This document shows positions 60,830 to 64,000 of a stretch of 64,000 nt of DNA, in pieces. The DNA is taken from assembly GCA_963782055.1 (NCBI GenBank), contig CAWAIF010000003.1:128001-192000 (forward strand). Direction: 5' to 3'. Made by a program: the position numbers and the translations under genes. Under the pieces are notes generated by a model, which was not told where the DNA came from, made no database searches, and worked only from the letters and a program-made list of their open reading frames with translations. Source of the DNA: an uncultured delta proteobacterium (GTDB lineage Bacteria; Myxococcota_A; Polyangia; Polyangiales; Polyangiaceae). The stretch's first letter is position 1. Each line of letters begins with the position of its first letter.

Positions 60830-61843
60830 TCAGTTGTTACAGGCGCACGCCAGGTAGCACGCGGCGAAGGTGTAGTTCGGGTCGGCGGTGGTGCCGTCGG
60901 CGCCCCAGTTGGTGTTGTTGTCGGTGGAGCAGCACTCCTCCGTCACCCAGTCGGTCCCGTTCGCCTTCTGCGGGAAGAAGTGCGTGCAGATGGGGTTGCC
61001 GGTGTGCGTGGCGTGGACGGAGTCGAAGCCGCCGTGGCTCTGGCACGTCGTGGTGCACGAGGCGCCGAGCGCGCTCGTGTACCAGCAGCCGCCCAGCGCC
61101 TGGTAGCCGCCGCACTTGACGCACGCGCCGTTGGAGCACGACTCGCCCTGCCCGCACGTCACGCCGCAGCCGCCGCAGTTCTTCGCGTCGGTGAGCACGT
61201 CGGTGCAGGCGCCGTTGCAGTACTCGGTGCCCACCCCGCAGCAGTGACCCTGCGTGCACCACTCGGTGTCCGCCGCGCACGCGGTGTTGCAGTCGCCGCA
61301 GTGGTCGTGGTGGTTCTGCAGGTCGTAGCAGATGCCGTCGCCGCACACGTCCATCCCCTGCGGGCAGCCGAAGCCGCAGGTGCCCTTGGTGCAGGTCGAG
61401 CTCGCCACCGACCAGCCCTGCCCGCCGTCGTAGCCGCCGTCGAAGGGGACGCCGGCGTCGGGGTTGCCGGTGCCCGGCGGGAGGCCGCCGCCATCGGCGG
61501 GCGTCGGGCAGACGGTGTCGCAGGTGCCGCAGTGATCGAGGTCGGTCTGGATGTCGACGCACCCGGCGTCTCCCGGGCACTTGACCGCCGGCGCGTCGCA
61601 CGCGGCCTTGCACGTGCCGCCCGAGCAGACCTCGCTGGACTGGCACGCGTGGGTGCAGCTCCCGCAGTGCGAGGGGTCCTTGGAGAGGTCGTACTGCGGG
61701 CAGGCCGAGCCGTCGCCGGAGGTGGAGCCGTCGGGCGTCGTCCCGGCGTCGTCGTCGGGGGTGACCACCAGCCCGTTGGCGCATGCCCAGAGGGTCACCA
61801 GAGAAGCACAAGCGAGGAGGCCAGGAAGAAGGAGGCGGCTCAT
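60830..61843 (-). CDS. Cys-rich lipoprotein with Stig1-like repeats
   Basis: LWAC lipobox; repeated D..HCG.C…C…..C..G.C units; DAG linkers. Confidence 0.85.
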   Translation of the reverse strand: MSRLLLPGLLACASLVTLWACANGLVVTPDDDAGTTPDGSTSGDGSACPQYDLSKDPSHCGSCTHACQSSEVCSGGTCKAACDAPAVKCPGDAGCVDIQTDLDHCGTCDTVCPTPADGGGLPPGTGNPDAGVPFDGGYDGGQGWSVASSTCTKGTCGFGCPQGMDVCGDGICYDLQNHHDHCGDCNTACAADTEWCTQGHCCGVGTEYCNGACTDVLTDAKNCGGCGVTCGQGESCSNGACVKCGGYQALGGCWYTSALGASCTTTCQSHGGFDSVHATHTGNPICTHFFPQKANGTDWVTEECCSTDNNTNWGADGTTADPNYTFAACYLACACNN

Positions 61844-61964
61844 CCAGTCATGGCAGCACAGCCTCGCGGCCTTCGCAACGTGGGGGCATGTGACACCCGG
61901 GGGCGCGCGCCGGCGGGCACCTCTGCCGAAGGCGCGGACCGCCGCCATCGTCTATGCTCCGCTC

Positions 61965-64000
61965 GTGCGATCGCGTTCCGCCATCCCTGTCCTTCTCGCC
62001 CTGATCGTCTCCGCCGCGCCCGCCATCGCCCAGCAGCCTCGGGCGCTCCCTGGGGCCGGCCCGCGCGTCATCCACACCCCTGGACCGCTCGGTCCGGCGA
62101 AGGACGCCATCGCCGAGGGGAAGCTCGCCGACGCCGAGCGCCTGCTCGAGGCCGTCCGCGGCCCCGACGCCTCCGCCGCCAGGTTGATGCTCGGTGAGCT
62201 GTACATGGAGCAGGGGCGCTACGCCGACGCGGAGAAGGCGCTGCAGTCGACCGGGAAGAAGGTGGAGGCCGCCGCCCTGCGCGCCGACATCCTCTTCCGC
62301 ACGGGCAAGCGCGCGCAGGCGGTCAAGCTGCTGGAGGCCAACCAGAACGCGCCGAGCCCCGCGGTCCGCCAGATCTGGATCCGCCTGGGCGAGTACCGCA
62401 TCGCCATGGGCAAGCGCGCCGACGCGGAGGCGCCGCTCATGCAGATCGTCGGGGAGTACAACTCCGATGCGATCAAGGACAACGACGCCGAGGGCATGGC
62501 GCTCGTCGGCCGCGCGACCCAGCTCCTGCGCGCGTGGCACAACGCCAACGACTCCTACCTGAAGAGCGAGCAGGACGACCCGGCGAACGTGCGCGAGCGC
62601 CTCTGGCACGCGGATCTGTTGCTCGACAAGTTCAACTGGGGCGGCGCGGAGGAGAACGTCCGCAAGGCGCTCAAGGTCGCGCCGAAGGACCCCGACGCGC
62701 TGGTGATGCTCGCGCGCATCAAGCTGCGGCAGTCGCTGGACTTCGACACGGCGGAGGAGATCGTCAAGGACGTGCTGGCGATCAACCCGAAGCACGCCGG
62801 CGCCCTCGCCGTGCGGGCGGGCCTCGCCATCCGCGACGGCGACATCGACGCCGCGATGCGCGCTCTGGGCGAGGGCTTCGCCGCCGAGCCGGACAACCTG
62901 GAGCTGTGGGCGCTGAAGGGCGCCGCGCGCTTCCTCGCCGACGACCGGCCCGGCTACGAGGCCGCCAAGCGCGAGGCCCTCGCGCGCAACCCGCAGTACT
63001 CCCGCTTCTTCACCATCATCGAGGACTACGCGGAGTGGGAGCACCGCTACGACGACATCATCCCCATGATGCAGGAGGCGGTGAAGGTGGACCCGGAGGA
63101 TGGCCTGGCCTGGGGTCTCCTCGGCCTGACCGAGACGCGCGACGGCCGCGAGACGGAGGGCCTGGACGCCCTGCACAAGTCCTGGTCGAAGGACCACTAC
63201 AACGTCTTCGTCTTCAACACCCTCGACCTGTACGAGAAGAACTTCGCGAGCGACTACGACGTGGTGGCGAGCGGGCCGTTCCGGATCCGCTACGCCAAGG
63301 CGTTCGAGAAGCTGCAGTCGCGCTACGTGCCCAGCTTGCTGGGCGAGGCGTGGGCCTCCATGAAGGCGCGCTACGGCTTCGTGCCGACGACGCCGGTCTC
63401 GGTGGAGCTCTTCGAGCCCTCGCCGCACGGCAAGCCGCAGGACGCGCGCGGCCAGTTCGGCGTGTGGACGAGCGGCGAGTCGGAGATCAGCATCCAGGGC
63501 GTCTGCTTCGGCCACATGATCGGCGCGATGGGCCCGGACAGCGAGGAGTTCAACTGGGGCAACGTGCTCTGGCACGAGCTCGGCCACGTCTTCGCCATCC
63601 AGCTCTCCAAGAACCACGTGCCCCGCTGGTTCACCGAGGGCCTCTCCGAGTACGAGACGCTCGCGCGGCGGCGCGAGTGGCGCCGCAGCATGGATCCGCA
63701 GCTGTACCTCGCCATCACCCAGAACCGCCTGCCCGCGGCCATGGACATGAACCGCGCCTTCACCCACGCCACCAGCGGCGAGGACGTGGTCATCGCCTAC
63801 TACGCCGCCAGCCAGATGGTCGCCTTCACCGCCGAGCACTTCGGCATGCCCAAGATCGTCCTCGCCCTGAAGCTGTGGGGGAAGGGCGTCCGCACGCCGG
63901 ATGTCATCAAGGGGGCGTTCGGCGTGACCGGCGCGGAGTACGACAAGCAGTACCGCGCCTGGGAGCTCGCGCGGCTCGCGCGGTACAAGGGCCAGTTCAT
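61965..64000 (+). CDS. secreted TPR-repeat protein with MA-clan (gluzincin) metallopeptidase domain, 3' end outside window
   Basis: Absent from the ORF track because it has no stop; GTG 61965, signal peptide, TPR helices, LWHELGHVF…PRWFTEGLSEY. Confidence 0.85.
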   Translation, partial: MRSRSAIPVLLALIVSAAPAIAQQPRALPGAGPRVIHTPGPLGPAKDAIAEGKLADAERLLEAVRGPDASAARLMLGELYMEQGRYADAEKALQSTGKKVEAAALRADILFRTGKRAQAVKLLEANQNAPSPAVRQIWIRLGEYRIAMGKRADAEAPLMQIVGEYNSDAIKDNDAEGMALVGRATQLLRAWHNANDSYLKSEQDDPANVRERLWHADLLLDKFNWGGAEENVRKALKVAPKDPDALVMLARIKLRQSLDFDTAEEIVKDVLAINPKHAGALAVRAGLAIRDGDIDAAMRALGEGFAAEPDNLELWALKGAARFLADDRPGYEAAKREALARNPQYSRFFTIIEDYAEWEHRYDDIIPMMQEAVKVDPEDGLAWGLLGLTETRDGRETEGLDALHKSWSKDHYNVFVFNTLDLYEKNFASDYDVVASGPFRIRYAKAFEKLQSRYVPSLLGEAWASMKARYGFVPTTPVSVELFEPSPHGKPQDARGQFGVWTSGESEISIQGVCFGHMIGAMGPDSEEFNWGNVLWHELGHVFAIQLSKNHVPRWFTEGLSEYETLARRREWRRSMDPQLYLAITQNRLPAAMDMNRAFTHATSGEDVVIAYYAASQMVAFTAEHFGMPKIVLALKLWGKGVRTPDVIKGAFGVTGAEYDKQYRAWELARLARYKGQF

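Overview
Very GC-rich bacterial chromosome segment, most consistent with Myxococcota (Polyangiales-like) judging by the FrzS-like regulator, Cys-rich 'DAG' lipoproteins, DUF4388 regulator and Ser/Thr kinase. It is gene-dense, with about 53 CDS and no tRNA, rRNA, transposase, integrase or cas gene seen. Main blocks: (1) CheB/CheR-PAS fusion + PAS histidine kinase + stand-alone PAS + divergent NarL regulator; (2) recA-sixA-SprT-like protease, with an SOS box at recA and a second SOS-like box, three phased 19-bp repeats and a long hairpin in the 390-bp gap before the protease; (3) secreted Cys-rich lipoproteins; (4) dnaJ, glycosyltransferase, patatin, CBM-esterase and a sugar ABC importer whose binding protein is fused to a permease; (5) an RND efflux operon; (6) trxA-Ser/Thr kinase-metallophosphoesterase and an SppA with a beta-barrel-like N-terminus; (7) hisIE, an FrzS-like pseudo-receiver and a stripped-down chemosensory operon; (8) a partial TPR-metallopeptidase. 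Many genes appear leaderless (TAnnnT 6-9 nt before the start codon). All product calls come from motif recognition by eye, with no database search. Start codons were re-picked where the ORF track over-extends.
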